Source: Octopus sinensis (Eukaryota). Taken from it: DNA of 64,000 nt. Shown here piece by piece: positions 40,088 to 54,652 of this stretch (its first letter is position 1; each line of letters begins with the position of its first letter). The stretch is from contig NC_043007.1 of assembly GCF_006345805.1 (NCBI RefSeq), positions 27,590,001-27,654,000 of the forward strand. Direction: 5' to 3'. A program made the translations under genes and the position numbers. The notes beneath the pieces were generated by a model that worked only from the letters and a program-made list of their open reading frames with translations, was not told where the DNA came from and did not search any database.

Positions 40088-41123
40088 ATAATATATTATA
40101 TACACTAGTATATATATATGCAATACAAGCTAGTATATATTATATACTCTAGTATATATATAAAGTGTCCTCTACTATAGACTGAGGACATATATGTGTA
40201 TGTGTGAGTGTGTGTGTCTGTGTATGTATGTGTGTATGTGTACATACATGCGCATGTATATCTAAATAGATGTGTGTACGTAGGCATACGTTATGACATT
40301 TAATGTGTTTAGGCTGATGTTACCGAAATTGTTTTTTTTTCTTAGTGTTGTTACTTAGTGCAAGCGTTATGTTATAGAAACATATTCATAAAATCTTCTC
40401 GTCCCTTTTGTTATTTTATGTTCATTGTAACTTAATGAAATATATCCTTGTCTGCTCGCATTAGAACCATGTCCAATTTGGCCAAATTCTTCCAAATAAG
40501 CCTAATTTTTCTCTTTCAATCTAGATTTTACTGCAACATTTAGAAATAGCTTGTTTTCGTCTTTATCTTTCATCCTTACTTGTTTTTGCAATCAGACAGC
40601 TTCCATGCTGGGGCACCGCTTTGAAGACATACAGTCGTTGTGAAAAATCTTATAGAAAATATTTGACTTAGCACGTATATTGAATTATACGTTCAATGTA
40701 TATTTGTTTTTAATTATTTATCTCAAAGCATTTTATAATATTTGTATGTGAGCTTCAGAATCTGTGTTTTCATGTGTGAGTGCGACAGCATGTGACTGTG
40801 TGTATGTGTGCGGTTTTGGGTAGTGAGTGTGTTTTCTGTTTTTCTTTGTATATTTGAGAGAATTCCAACAACAGAAAAGAAAGGAAGAATAAATAAAAAA
40901 CAAACACAGCGTGTGCCATAAAGGTACCTCGGCTATTTGATAGAACAGAGATCAATAAAATAAATACCAGACGGGTATAAGTACTGAAATTTATATGGTC
41001 GGCAAAAGAACCCTGAGGTTGCCACACGAGAAGGACCGCAGCGCGATGAGTGACAAACATTAAAAGATTGTGTCTGATAGTGTGCGTTTGTGCGCGCGAG
41101 ATTTGGTGCGCGTACGTGAGTGT

Positions 41124-41167
<44 letters not shown>

Positions 41168-41253
41168 ATGAGTGAGTTTGTGTGCGTATGATGATGTAAA
41201 TAAATTTGAGAAATGAGAATTATATTGATAGATATAGATAGAGAAGTAGTTAG

Positions 41254-41298
<45 letters not shown>

Positions 41299-41444
41299 AG
41301 AGAGAAAGAGGGAGGGACAGACATATACCGATATGTATAGGTCGGTAGATCGATCGATAGATGGATAAACAGGTAGAGAGATACATACATAGATACATCG
41401 GTAGACATTAAGCACTCAGAAGGATAGATACATAAGTAAATAAA

Positions 41445-41740
<296 letters not shown>

Positions 41741-42112
41741 AAATGAGGTCTTCTAGATTTAAAGAAATATATAAACAAAACAATTTCGAAATAATTTTCT
41801 CATAAGTTGAAGAACAAAAGATTCCGTGCCTGATGTTAGCTTCCGTTCCATGATCGCTGTTCAAAGAATAGTCGATGAGGGATGATGCTCTCTTCCACGA
41901 TTGTGAAATATTTTCACGGTTCATGGATCACATAACTTGATATACAAGGATATTGTTTGAAGAAAAATGGCGGTTTCGTTGTGAATATTTTCGAATGGTT
42001 GCTCCGGTTTATAGCGATTGAAGTGCGATACGTATTCATACGCACGTATCCCTAATATACACTATTGACAAAAATATACATATATACAATACGCCATTAA
42101 ATATATACATAC

Positions 42113-42154
<42 letters not shown>

Positions 42155-42471
42155 TATATATATATATATTATATCTATGTATGTATGTATGTATACATAT
42201 ACACACACAGATACGCAGACATCTATATCTATATATGTATTTTTTATACGTATTTATGTATACGTTTATATGTGTGTGTGCATGTGTGTGTATGTGTGTG
42301 TATGTGTGTCTGGGTGTATTTGTGTGTAAACGTTTTTATACACTTAAGTTCTGAAACATACCGTCTTTTACTCTCTCCTTTTTCTCAATATACATATAGA
42401 TGAATATATATATGTGTGTATATATGTATATTTATATATATATATCAACAAATGTATATATGTATGTATTT

Positions 42472-42574
<103 letters not shown>

Positions 42575-42893
42575 TATATAATATATATATATACATACAC
42601 ACATACATATATCTATAATATACCCGTATGTATATATTATATACTTATAAACGTTTTTATACACACAAGTTTTCAGGCATAACATTTTCTCGCACTCTCA
42701 CTCTCATTCCTCTCTCTCACTCTGTGTTACTCTCTTTCACTGTCTCCCGCCCTTTCTCACCCTCATCCGCATGCGCAGATACCCCCTCACATCCCCACAC
42801 GTCCCCAATCTCCTATACAGAGCATCGCATTAACGTGTGTCTGTTTATCAGTGTTGCTAATTTTTGTTTCACAATTCTATTACTACATGTTAG

Positions 42894-42924
42894 GTTGAAA
42901 AAAACTAGAGGGAAATCTCGCTTG
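42894..42924 (+). CDS. Candidate 31-nt microexon ((R)LKKTRGKSRL)
   Basis: Branch-point-like GCTAAT ~35 nt upstream, T-rich tract, TTAG acceptor and GTAAGT donor. One open frame (phase 2 to phase 0). Confidence 0.4.
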
Positions 42925-43124
42925 GTAAGTTCATAGCAAGACATTTGTATTGCTTAAATGGTTACTCCTACTCTACGCTTATATGCACGGTGACATTCAT
43001 AAACAAAATCACACATTTACATATACTCAACGCGCCTGCAACCACAACCCTTCACCCATATATATATATATATATATAGATATAATATATATATATATAT
43101 ATTAATATATATATATATATATTA

Positions 43125-43183
<59 letters not shown>

Positions 43184-43234
43184 TATTATAATAATATATA
43201 TATATATATATACATATACTATATATATATATGC

Positions 43235-43265
<31 letters not shown>

Positions 43266-43300
43266 ATATATATGCATATATATATATATATATATATATC

Positions 43301-43336
<36 letters not shown>

Positions 43337-43485
43337 CTTATATATATAAGTATGTATACATATATATATATATTATATATGTATATATATTATATATATA
43401 TATATTGTATATATATATATATACAGAGAGAGAGCTATATATATATTTATATATCATATATGTATATACATATATATTATATATG

Positions 43486-43519
<34 letters not shown>

Positions 43520-44469
43520 ATAATATATATATATATATATTATATATATAATATATATATATACAGATATATATGTATATATATACATGGATATATATAT
43601 ATAATATATATATATATATATCTATATATATACGGTGAGAATGTGTTTGTGTATGAGTGTGTGTCTGTAGGTCTGTGTGTCTGGGAGCGAGAGGCATAAA
43701 GAGATAGATTTGTATAAACATTTGTACGTGTGTATAGGTGTGTGTAAACGTCTTTATAATACGTATGTGTATACATACATATATTGTCTTATCGAATCTG
43801 CACTTGCCCTTAGGCGACACTGATTGGGAAACATAAAAATCTTTCACGCAGTCCCCGTACAACAGACACACCGGCAACAACTATAAACCTTTCTCTACCG
43901 AAAATTGACAGTCGATAACGAAACCCTTATTTCTGTTGCAACCATTTTTTTTTTTTTAATAATGCTCCGTAGTTCGTTCATATGCTTCCCCTTTCACGGC
44001 TCTCGGCACTCTGCTGCGTCATAGGGAGCCACCCTACAGATATGTGCGAGTAATTATCTGTTATAGTTTAACAATACAAACTTACAAACATATAAATCCG
44101 TGATAAGCAGATACACGTCAAACATAGCGATTGTTCATTTGATATATTGTTTCTGTTTAACCCGCGGTCATCTCATACCGAGATTATTTTTTATCAATGT
44201 CATTTTAGCTATGACATCCTATTTCGTTTCAGGCACAGAATATCTAGGACTACATAATACAATGTGACCTTACTTTTTAACCATGTAGTGTGCTGCGTAT
44301 TTTAGGGGTAATTTTACATTTCCTTGCTGTGCAGCTGTAGTTTATATTTTTAAGAGTTTAACCCCTGGTCACCTCACAACGAGTATTCCTATTATTAATA
44401 TTTTACCATAAAATCCTATTTTTGTTTCTGTCATGGTATATTTTCTCTTTTCTCTCTTTCTCCTTCATT

Positions 44470-45265
44470 AGACTGTGGACCTGCTGGGGCACCGGATTGA
44501 ACACATTTTCGTTTTTGTTTTAAGTCGAAAGAATTGACCCGAGTATTTGCTTTTTAAAACCTGGTATTTATTATATCGGCTGTTTTTGCCGAACTACAAA
44601 GTTACGGTGATGTAAACACACCAACACCGGTTGTCAAGCGGTGTGTGTAATTTAGGGTTGTGGACAAACACAAACACAAAAAACACGTGCACACACACAC
44701 TCACACATATACAAACGAAATGCTTAGCAGTGCTTAGTCTGCCGCTACGTTCTGAGTTCAAATTCCGCCGAGATCGACTTTGCTTTTCATCCTCTCGGGG
44801 TCAATGAGTTAAGGACCAGTTACGCACTGGGGTCGATATAATCGACTTAATCCGTTTGTCTGTCCTTGTTTGTCCTCTCTGTGTTTAGCCCCTTGTGGGT
44901 AGTAAAGAAATAGGTTTTTCGACTGCCGTTACGTTCTGAGTTAAAATTCCGTCGGGGTCGACTTTGCCTTTCATCTTTTCGGGGTCGATAAATTAAATAC
45001 CAGTTTCGCACTGGAGTCGATGTAATCGACTTAATCCCTTTGTCTGTCCTTGTTTTTCCCCCCTATGTTTAGCCCCTTGCGGGCAATAAAGAAATAACAT
45101 ATATACAACGGGCTTCTTTCCATTTCCATCCACCAAATCGACTCATAAGGCTTTAGTCGGCGCGAGGCTATAGTACAAGACACTACGCAATGTGCCACGC
45201 ACTGGAACTGAACCCCACAACCATGTGATTGCGAACCAAGCTTCTTACCACACAGCCACGCCCGG
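44470..45265 (-). mobile_element. SINE family A interrupted by a plus-strand tandem dimer of SINE family B (44718-45097)
   Basis: Family A 3' half at 44470-44717 and 5' half at 45098-45265. Two family B units repeat with a 184-bp period. Confidence 0.9.
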
Positions 45266-45944
45266 ACTACATCATAGCATTTTGAGTTCGATATTTGTAA
45301 AGCATGTCGTAGGTTACATGATTTTTAGGTGTATGTTCAGTTTCAGATTCCCTTTCCTGGTGTCACTAGCTTATGCAGTTGTGCGGGTACTTCACGTGTC
45401 TTTATTTGCTTGCTATTATCTAAAGGAATGAATGCAATAATTCTCATTTCTGCATTTCATCAGAAATTCTCAATAGAATTGCTGAGCTAGTTCATAGTAT
45501 TTACATGCTATATGCTCCCGAGTTTTATATGAAGTGGACCACATAATGTGACGTTGTTAACTATATTATTCTTGTGTATTTAATGAGAGGCTATATCTCA
45601 GAATTAATCTATTTCTGTGAATCTACTTGATCTAAGGCTATTTATCACGAACAATGCGTGCCGAGTCAACGCGTGAGCCAACGCGCGTTCCCTCTGTTTG
45701 ATATAAATAACAATCCAATCATATTATCCGAAACACATTTTAGTAAATGCAGTCGCCGGTAACCTATTGCGGGAGGGGGAAAATTTTTGAAGAAATGAAA
45801 TCTAACAGATGGGGACGTGTTAATCATGGGCTTGTTGAAGTGGGGTGAACAGCTGCTAAACAAGGACGATAGAAAACACGTTAAATGATAAGAAAAGCCC
45901 ACAAGCATAATCATAAGAAAAGAAAAAAATAACGAAAATAGATT

Positions 45945-46102
45945 ATGTCGTCCATAATAACAGCAGCAGCAGCGGCGACGACGACGATGACGATGATGAT
46001 GATGATGATGATGAGGAGGAGGAGGAGGAGGATGATGATGATGATGATGATGGAGATGATGATGATGATGGAGATGATGATGATGATGGTGATGATGATG
46101 GA

Positions 46103-46133
<31 letters not shown>

Positions 46134-46265
46134 GTGGTGATGATGATGACGATGATGGTGATGATGATGATGATGATGGTTGTGGTGGTGGTGGAGGTGG
46201 TGGTGATGATGATGATGATGATGGTGGTGATGATGATGATGATGAGGATGATGGTGATGATGATA

Positions 46266-46326
<61 letters not shown>

Positions 46327-46534
46327 CGACGATTATGATGATCCTTTCAACTGTAGGCACGAGGCCTGAAATTTTGAGGGGAGGATACTAGTCGATTATA
46401 TGGACCCAGGGGTTTCGCCGGACCTTATTTTATTGACCTCGAAATAATGAAAGGTAAATTCGCCCCCTGCGGAATATCAATTCAGGACGTAAAGACTGGA
46501 CCAGCATGCTAACGATTCCATCCGGATTGCCGCC

Positions 46535-46590
<56 letters not shown>

Positions 46591-46610
46591 TAATAATAAT
46601 AATAGTAATC
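45945..46610. repeat. (GAT/GGT/GGA)n tract, a minus-strand SINE B variant (46340-46536) and (TAA)n
   Basis: Seen directly. The trinucleotide tract is the (ATC)n-type tail of the minus-strand SINE. Confidence 0.85.
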
Positions 46611-46664
46611 ATAGGGACAGATATGATTATCAGGGGATTATTAAGCATTTGAAAAACAATTGAA

Positions 46665-46742
46665 AGCTTGTGGATACCCAAGATTAGAGGATAGCTTGTG
46701 GATATGTAAGGTTAGAGGATAGCTTGTGGTTACCTAAGGTTT
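46665..46742. repeat. 28-bp minisatellite, ~2.8 copies
   Basis: agcttgtggatacccaagattagaggat / agcttgtggatatgtaaggttagaggat / agcttgtggttacctaaggtt. Confidence 0.85.
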
Positions 46743-47384
46743 CCTGCTATTCACATATATTCTACTAGAAACAGGAACGAACCCGTGTCAAATCAATAAT
46801 AGGGTTAACCTGTACATGTTTTGTGTTTGTATAAAAGATGGGCAACAGCAAATATTCTGCTCAATAACACATATTTGCTTATTAGTTGTTTGAGTTTAAC
46901 CAGCTGGGCATGTCCCTTAATGGCTGACGATACGTGCATCTCTAATTATGAGCAGGAACAGTGCGGTGGGGCGCATCATTGCCAAGTGTTGAGAGGGATT
47001 ATTTGCGGTTGGAATAATTTATTCCTGGGAATATTGATGCCTATTTAATCATCCTTAGACAAACCTTAATGAGGAACAGGATCTCTTGATCGGAATGGGC
47101 TACTCGACGTGAAGGAAATTCTGACAGGGTCCCATCTGCAAAGTCATGTGCTGTTTCTATTGATAATAGATCACCATGTTGTGCACATATGGTTGCGATG
47201 CATGTGTCAGACGGGCAATCATGATGAGTGTATTGGGAATGAAAGGGAACGGGAGCTAAGCTTATCTCCATTGATAGCTTATATGCGTTGCCATGTTAGC
47301 TTTTCATTATTATTATTTTTTATTATCTTTGATGTCGCTTATTTTAATATTATGGTAAGTCAACTTGACTTACGATTTGGAAGA

Positions 47385-47878
47385 CGGATAAGGCTATATG
47401 AATCTTTTCCTATTCTTGGATGATATAAAGCTTTATGCGAGAAATAAGGAGCAATTACATTTCGTGTTTTCTCAAATGATGTGGGAATGGAGTTCGGGAT
47501 TGGAAACTGCGTTTTATTGATAGTGAAATGGGAATGATTTGATGGAAACCATGGAAATGAAATGCCAACTGAGAGTAAGCAATGAAATCGGTTGAGACGA
47601 GAGAGAATGGTAGACATATTTGGGATGCTGGAGGTGGGTGAAATAAACATGAAGAGATTAAGTTATTTACAAGTACGGAGAATACAAGAAACGCGAGGAA
47701 GCTATTCGAGGAAAAGGTGAATCGCAAGAAATGCCTTTGAAGCGATTCATTCAAGAAATTAATTCAAGAGCAGTTCCTGTTTTCGGTTGTGCATTTGGGA
47801 TTATAGACTGGATAAAAGGCGAATGCAGAAAGTTTATACAGAAAGCTCTTGAGTAGGTATGGAGCCCACCATTCGATA
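47385..47878 (+). mobile_element. R4/Dong-clade LINE reverse transcriptase fragment (pseudogene)
   Basis: LFLDDIKLYARNKEQL (47410-47457), FSNDVGMEFGIGNC, YLGMLE, IQEINSRAVPVF..FGIIDW, RKLLSRYGAHH. Confidence 0.88.
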
Positions 47879-48248
47879 TAATATTAACCTGTTGAAGTTG
47901 AAGAGGGACCAGCTCTGTTGTAGTTGAAGAGGTTTAACTGGGTGGACCAAATAGGCGTCTTGATCACGTGGGTCGAAGCATCGCAGGTTCATATTTCTGA
48001 ACCGAATTGTTTAAATGCTTTAATATGTGCAACTGACGTTCACACCAGACAAGGTGTGAGGTATTCTCCTGAAACTTGTGTGCAGAAAGAAGTTCTCTTT
48101 TCATCTCACATGAAAGAAGCTGATTAGAGACAGCTTGCCATTTACCAGGAGAGTAGAAGCCAAAGCTGTCGGATACACAACCACACAATTAAAGTGAGAT
48201 GCGGGTGGTTTGTAGGATGTTTTATCAGCAAAAACGAGGACGTATATC

Positions 48249-48358
<110 letters not shown>

Positions 48359-48640
48359 AACTTGTCTACACACAAAATGTTCTGGGCAATTGAGGCTAAT
48401 AGATAGCCTTGGACTTAGGAACCAAGTCCATGCTCATGTTCCTGGGATGCAAAGTATGCACACACACACACACACACACATACTCTCACACACATACACA
48501 TACTCTCACACACATACACATTTATATTATATATTCATATACATACATATTTGTTCGTTCCCGACTGGGTTATGACAGGTCTTTTTAAATATTTCATGGA
48601 AGACGGCCAGGATTGACCGGACATGCGAATAGGAATGAAA

Positions 48641-48890
48641 GATTTGGAGAATGGAGCAGATAAGATCCTGGCTACATATGTTTCATAACGATTAGAACCT
48701 CGGAAGCGGTAAATATCCAAGCAAGGTGTATATCACAGGCTACTGCTCAGACCAAGCATATTTTGATTAAATGAGAGTTGCCTGAGGTTTAGCTTGCGGT
48801 ATTCACCGCACCTGGGTATTTACCACTTCCGAGTTCCGCTCGCAATGAAACATATTTAGCTCCGAGCTTATCTACTCCATTCTTTAACTC
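48641..48890. repeat. Old inverted repeat with ~100-bp arms, roughly 75% identity
   Basis: 48641-48742 aligns to the reverse complement of 48790-48890; 47-bp spacer. Confidence 0.75.
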
Positions 48891-48907
48891 TTGTGCTATA
48901 TATATAA

Positions 48908-48939
<32 letters not shown>

Positions 48940-48943
<4 letters not shown>

Positions 48944-49140
48944 AGAGTTTACCCCAAAAAAACCAAGACGAAGACAGGTGGTGTACAAACAAACAAATGT
49001 ATTAGTATAACGCTCTGGAATAGAATAAAGTCTTTTACATTTCGAGCCTACGCTCTTCTACAGAAAGGGACACAGAAAAAACAAAGAGAGAAATAAGGAG
49101 AGAAAAAATGCGTGTAGTGGCTAACGATCTATCATGGCGA
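48940..49140 (-). mobile_element. Family P2 element with hammerhead-like motif at 49032-49067
   Basis: Minus strand: cttt-CTGTAGA-A-gagc-gtag-gctc-GAAA-tgta-aaag. Adjacent to (TA)n. Confidence 0.72.
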
Positions 49141-50363
49141 CTGATATACATACATACGTATATGTTAATAAATGTATGTGCATGTATCATCGTATGTATA
49201 ACGCTTTTTTTCGTGTATAATTTAACCTAACGCATCGATGGAATAAGAGAATAGCTCGTGAATTGGAATAAAAAAAACAACCTGTAGTATTTGTTCCACA
49301 TGAGCATGGAATTGAATTCCAGAAACATGGAGATGCAGTGAAGCAGCTGTGTAAAAACGTGGAAACATCAGCGCTGCTGTTGGGGCAATTGCGCTATATG
49401 CCAATATATACATATATGGAGATACTCAGTAAAGTGACATATTAAAAATATAAACAAGTATTTGGAAATATTCATTAAAACTTTTGTTGCATTCAGTGAA
49501 ATATTAAACGTCTGATCGGCCATGAATATTGCTAACAATAATATTAGACAAGCGATCTGCTAATGCAAGCTCAATGGCACTTTTCGCCGCCATTTTCTTC
49601 GTGTGATTATCTTTGTGTGAAACGAAACATGCGATATATTCACGTCCTTTCTCGGTAGATTGAAGATATCTGACTCTTTGTACATATATATCTCAAATGC
49701 ACATTATTTTTTTTTAATGCAAACGCGATATAATAAGTTATTTCGAATGATGCATATTTATAAATAACATTGTAAGACATCGAAACGGTTTGTTTGCAAT
49801 TTACCCAACCACACAGAACGAGAAGCGAGATCTTCCTTAAATAATACCCGTCGCGCTTAAATTCAGGAACAACGCATCGGGTTATACATTCCTTTCCAAA
49901 GCATGCATGTAGAAAGCATAGATTGGTTGCTAACGATTCGGTAGGATATCTTACACGATAACTCTTTTCCCCTTAAAGTTTTCTTCATATAGATTTTATT
50001 CACATTATTTGGCACCATATCTTATGAGACAGTGAGAAACGGTGTCGGAGTATTTCTATGACTTCAACAGCCCTAAATACTGGTTTTGTAATTACTCCGA
50101 TTGTATTCCCAAGATTTACTATTTGTAGGGCTCAGTTGAAAAAGGTAGGGACCAGAGCCGCCTTCAGGCCGTGGAGAAAGATGAGGGCATGTAATTTGAA
50201 TAACCAGATAGACAGACATAATTTTAGTTGATTTATTTTCATTTTTGAAAATGCTTTTATTTTTGGCTGGAATATAGCGTTTTAGCTTCTTTTTATGCGA
50301 AAGGTCACATTTGCCCAGAACATTTTGTGTGTAGACAGGTTTAGATAGCTAGATAGATTGATT

Positions 50364-50461
<98 letters not shown>

Positions 50462-50490
50462 CAAAATGATAGACAGACAGATAGATAGAT

Positions 50491-50660
50491 GTGTTTCTTT
50501 ATTAGCCACACAGGGCTGGACAAAGACGGGACAAATTACAAAGTAGAACTTTTCTTTTGGGGGGAAAAAAAGGAGTGAGGTAGGTTTTCGTTCAAAAGGG
50601 ATCGTAGAGAGGAAAAAAAAAAGAAAAGAAAAAACAATCAATATGGATCTTGTATCACAG
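50491..50660 (-). mobile_element. Putative L1/Tx1-type LINE 3' end with (ATCT)n tail
   Basis: Minus strand ...ccagccctgtgtggctAATAAAgaaacac runs directly into (ATCT)n. Clade assignment is an inference. Confidence 0.4.
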
Positions 50661-51220
50661 AAATGTCATGATGTAAAGTGCAAATGGGAAGCAGATAAAG
50701 TTTATCCGTGGAAAGAAAGAGCCTACGAAAAAGACCACGGTAACCTCGGTCATTACTGTCACATGTTAACACATTTATTTGAAAGTAAGTAACTCTGGGT
50801 TTTAAATTTTTCCGGGTTCATAGGATCATGATCAAGGTGGTTTCGTCTTTCATACGTGCCATCCTTGCTACATTCACCCATCTTTATTTAAAACATTCGC
50901 TAGACAAAACTTGCCTCGCTACTCTCACTTCCCTTTTCAAGTGATACTTGAAGAAGTTGATGAGAGATTGACCAGAGAGTAAAGTGTTTGTCTCTAATCG
51001 TTACAGACGCGACCACCAGATACATTCTTTCGCCATAGCCACAAGGATGATGAAAATAGCTCTTCTTTCCTGTTTGAAGGAAGGAGGCGTGACGATATTG
51101 ACGATAGACTTAGCTGACAAACCGAGATAGATAAATAGATAGATAGACAGATAGGTAGATACGTAGACAGACAGACAGACTTATAGATAGATAGATAGAT
51201 AGATAGATAGACAGATATAT

Positions 51221-51265
<45 letters not shown>

Positions 51266-52154
51266 CATACATACATACATACATACATACATACATACAT
51301 ACATACATACATACATACATGCATACATACATATATAGATACATGGATACATAGAAAGACTGATGGAAATATAGATGGATAGATAGAGAGAGAGAGAGAA
51401 ATAAAATCATAGGAAAACAGATGAATAGATAGAAAGATAAAGAGAGAAAGAGTGAGAGATTGGCAGATAGATAGATAGAGAGATAGAGAGATATATAGAT
51501 AGATAAATATATAGATAAAGAGACAGTGAGAGAGAGAGAGAGTTAGAGATAGACAGATTGATTAAAATAATAGATAGTTGCAATTATGTGTCTGCGAGTG
51601 TTTGTATGTACACAAACAGACAAAACCACACACAAATATATACACAAACAAACACACAGACACAAACAAACACACATACACACACACACACATATGAAAA
51701 GTGATGGACTAATTTTTATCTTTTCTCTTAAGAAACTGATATTCCTTTTGATTGCTAAAAATTAAATATCACACGCCATAAGAACTCTGCGATAAATTAG
51801 GAAATCAGACTGTCTTGCGTTTGTGAATCGTCATTCTACGACCTAAGAACGGCAAGACCAATAATATAACCCTGTTATTGCAAGTACGTGTTTTTGGCCA
51901 TCGAAAAGAAAACTGTTATCACATACCATACATATCAAATAACGACCACTATCTAATATCTCCGCATATCGTATATCATTTAATCACCGCCAAGCTATTT
52001 TCTTTCGATTAAAGAGCTACACGCACTATCCTCACAATCGCTCCTACGTACAAAATACATACATACTTATATAACCATAAATACACAAACACACGATATA
52101 TATATATATATTTCTATATACATATGTCTACATATAACATAGCTATATATAACG

Positions 52155-52201
<47 letters not shown>

Positions 52202-52512
52202 GTGTATATATATATGTATATATATATATAGTTTGTATATATATATATATAATATTTAATATATATATATACATACATATGTATCTTGAGATGCATGTGT
52301 TTATATAAGCATATATTATATGTTATAATATATACATATATACGTATGTATATATGTATGTGTATGTGTGTGCGTATTTCTGTATGCATGCAACAATCTA
52401 CATGCTTATAGAAATCTATGTATGTACATATGTAGATATATATAGATATCTATATCTATATATATATGTACATATATGTAGGTATATATATGTATATATA
52501 TATATAATATGA

Positions 52513-52545
<33 letters not shown>

Positions 52546-52574
52546 GTATATATATATATACATATGTATGTATG

Positions 52575-52644
<70 letters not shown>

Positions 52645-53093
52645 TTTCCGGGCACAGTGAAGAAAGAAAAGCAGAGGACGGATGTACAGTGGAACCTCGC
52701 AACTATTGTTTTATAGTTCTGTCTCTATTGATTTACCAATTCCAGCCAGAGCACTCAAACGCGCACGCAGTCATTTAACAGTGATACTAACTCTTCCAGA
52801 CATCTATTCTTTGAAAAGGAGACTCAAAGATCATCCTGTAAGCTTATGCAGATTGTGAACATTTAGCCTCTGATCATGCTCTGATGTATGAGCCGTACAT
52901 GAAGACATATACACATATGGCTATATATATATATCTATAGCACTGTGTGTGCGTGTGTCTGTGCCTCTGTGTGTGTATGTGTGTGCCTGAGTCTGTGTGT
53001 ACGTGTCTGTGTGTGTGAGTATGTGCGCGTGTCGGTGTTTGTGTGTGTATGTGTGTGCGCGCGGATGAACGTATGTGTGGAATTACAGTATGT

Positions 53094-53133
<40 letters not shown>

Positions 53134-53261
53134 TATTTTTATTTTATTATATAGAAGGAGCTTCTACAGGACTAGTACTGTTTCATTGTATTGAGTACCT
53201 TACTTACTGTGGTTAACCCCGAATCAACCCGGGACCTACATATATATATATATATATATAT

Positions 53262-53625
53262 ATTCTTTTATTCTTTGTTTCAGTCATTTTGACTGCGGCC
53301 ATGCTGGAGCACCGCCTTTAGTCGGACATATCGACCCCGCGGACTTGTTCTTTATATACCTAGTACTTATACAATCGGTGTCTTTTGCCCAACTACTAAG
53401 TAACGGGAGGACGTAAGCATACCAACTTTGGTTGTCACACGATGGCGGGAGGACAAACACAGACACACATCCGAACATACATGCAAACACACACATAGTT
53501 CCCGTCTATTAAAACCACTCACAAGGATATGTTCGACACGAGGATATAGTACAAGACACTGGCCCTAGGTGCCACGCGGTGAAACTGAACCCAGAACCAT
53601 GTAGTTGGGAAGCAAGCTTCTTATC
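53262..53625 (-). mobile_element. SINE family A, near full length
   Basis: gtcattttgactgcggccatgctggagcaccgcc...gaacccagaaccatg. Confidence 0.88.
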
Positions 53626-53778
53626 CAAGGCGGTAATCTTACTAGTGTTCATATCGTTGAGAGTTATCGAGGGTTTAAAAACAATAATCTTGTCAGAATC
53701 TTACCTCGGCTCTATACCTGACACCGATGCTATTTAATATAGGCATCTGACTGCCGGCTTAGACACCCTCTTTGAATA

Positions 53779-54042
53779 TGTTACGGGTTCGAACATGATT
53801 CAAGTATATTCGAACACAGAAAAATAAAACATACACTATTTATTGTCACAAATAAGTGTAAATACAACGCCTCAGCTCACAACACCCCTGTGGGTGCATT
53901 CCTTTCGGAGTGGCCACAAAAACTGGAAAGTAGACGCTGCGAATTGATACGAATGACAGACCCCTTTTATAAAATTCCCGTCATCATTCAATGACTATTT
54001 GCGCAATTCTGTGGTTCGCCGTACGTAGAACATGGGGTAACA
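53779..54042 (-). mobile_element. Putative solo LTR (264 bp)
   Basis: TGTTAC...GTAACA termini. On the minus strand TATAAAA (53965-53971) precedes AATAAA (53839-53844). No clear target-site duplication. Confidence 0.5.
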
Positions 54043-54620
54043 GCGTTAAGGTGTGATGTGTATTAAGTGAAAAAGGATCTGCCGAAACTTGCAACACCAT
54101 ACCGAAGTGTATGACCGCAGGAGACAGCTTTACACTTAACTCCTATTTTCAACATTTTGAGTGAATCTTCATAAGTTCCGGTAGGCTATAATTCGGAGCC
54201 CATGATCTGTACAAAGAAAAGGAACCCAGAAAATGTAGTTGGTGTGAAAGGTTTATATCTATATAGGTGTCAAGTAGTGGGCAATTAATGGGTTCAGGGG
54301 CGTTTGTTGAACTAATTAGGCTTCGTACTCAAGTAATTGATGCCGGGCAATCTCACGAAATATTTATTGTAGAAAGCAGTAATACTAACTACGGCTTGAG
54401 AGTAACTTTATGGCATCCACATACTTCTTGTAGTTCGTTCCTGTTTTCTTAAGCGTTTTAATTCAGATAAATTAAACGTTCACCCTCTCTGACACTACAA
54501 AGTAAATGAAGTTATATGTCTCGCGGTCTGTTTACACTAATAACATCTTTGTTTAAACTTATCCTTTTCGTTGTTTCTTTTTGACTTTACTCACACACAC
54601 ACACACACACATGCACGCAC

Positions 54621-54652
<32 letters not shown>

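Noticed and set aside
46665-46742. 28-bp repeats resembling a CRISPR array
   Set aside because: Contiguous units with no unique spacers, in a eukaryotic context with no cas genes; a minisatellite.
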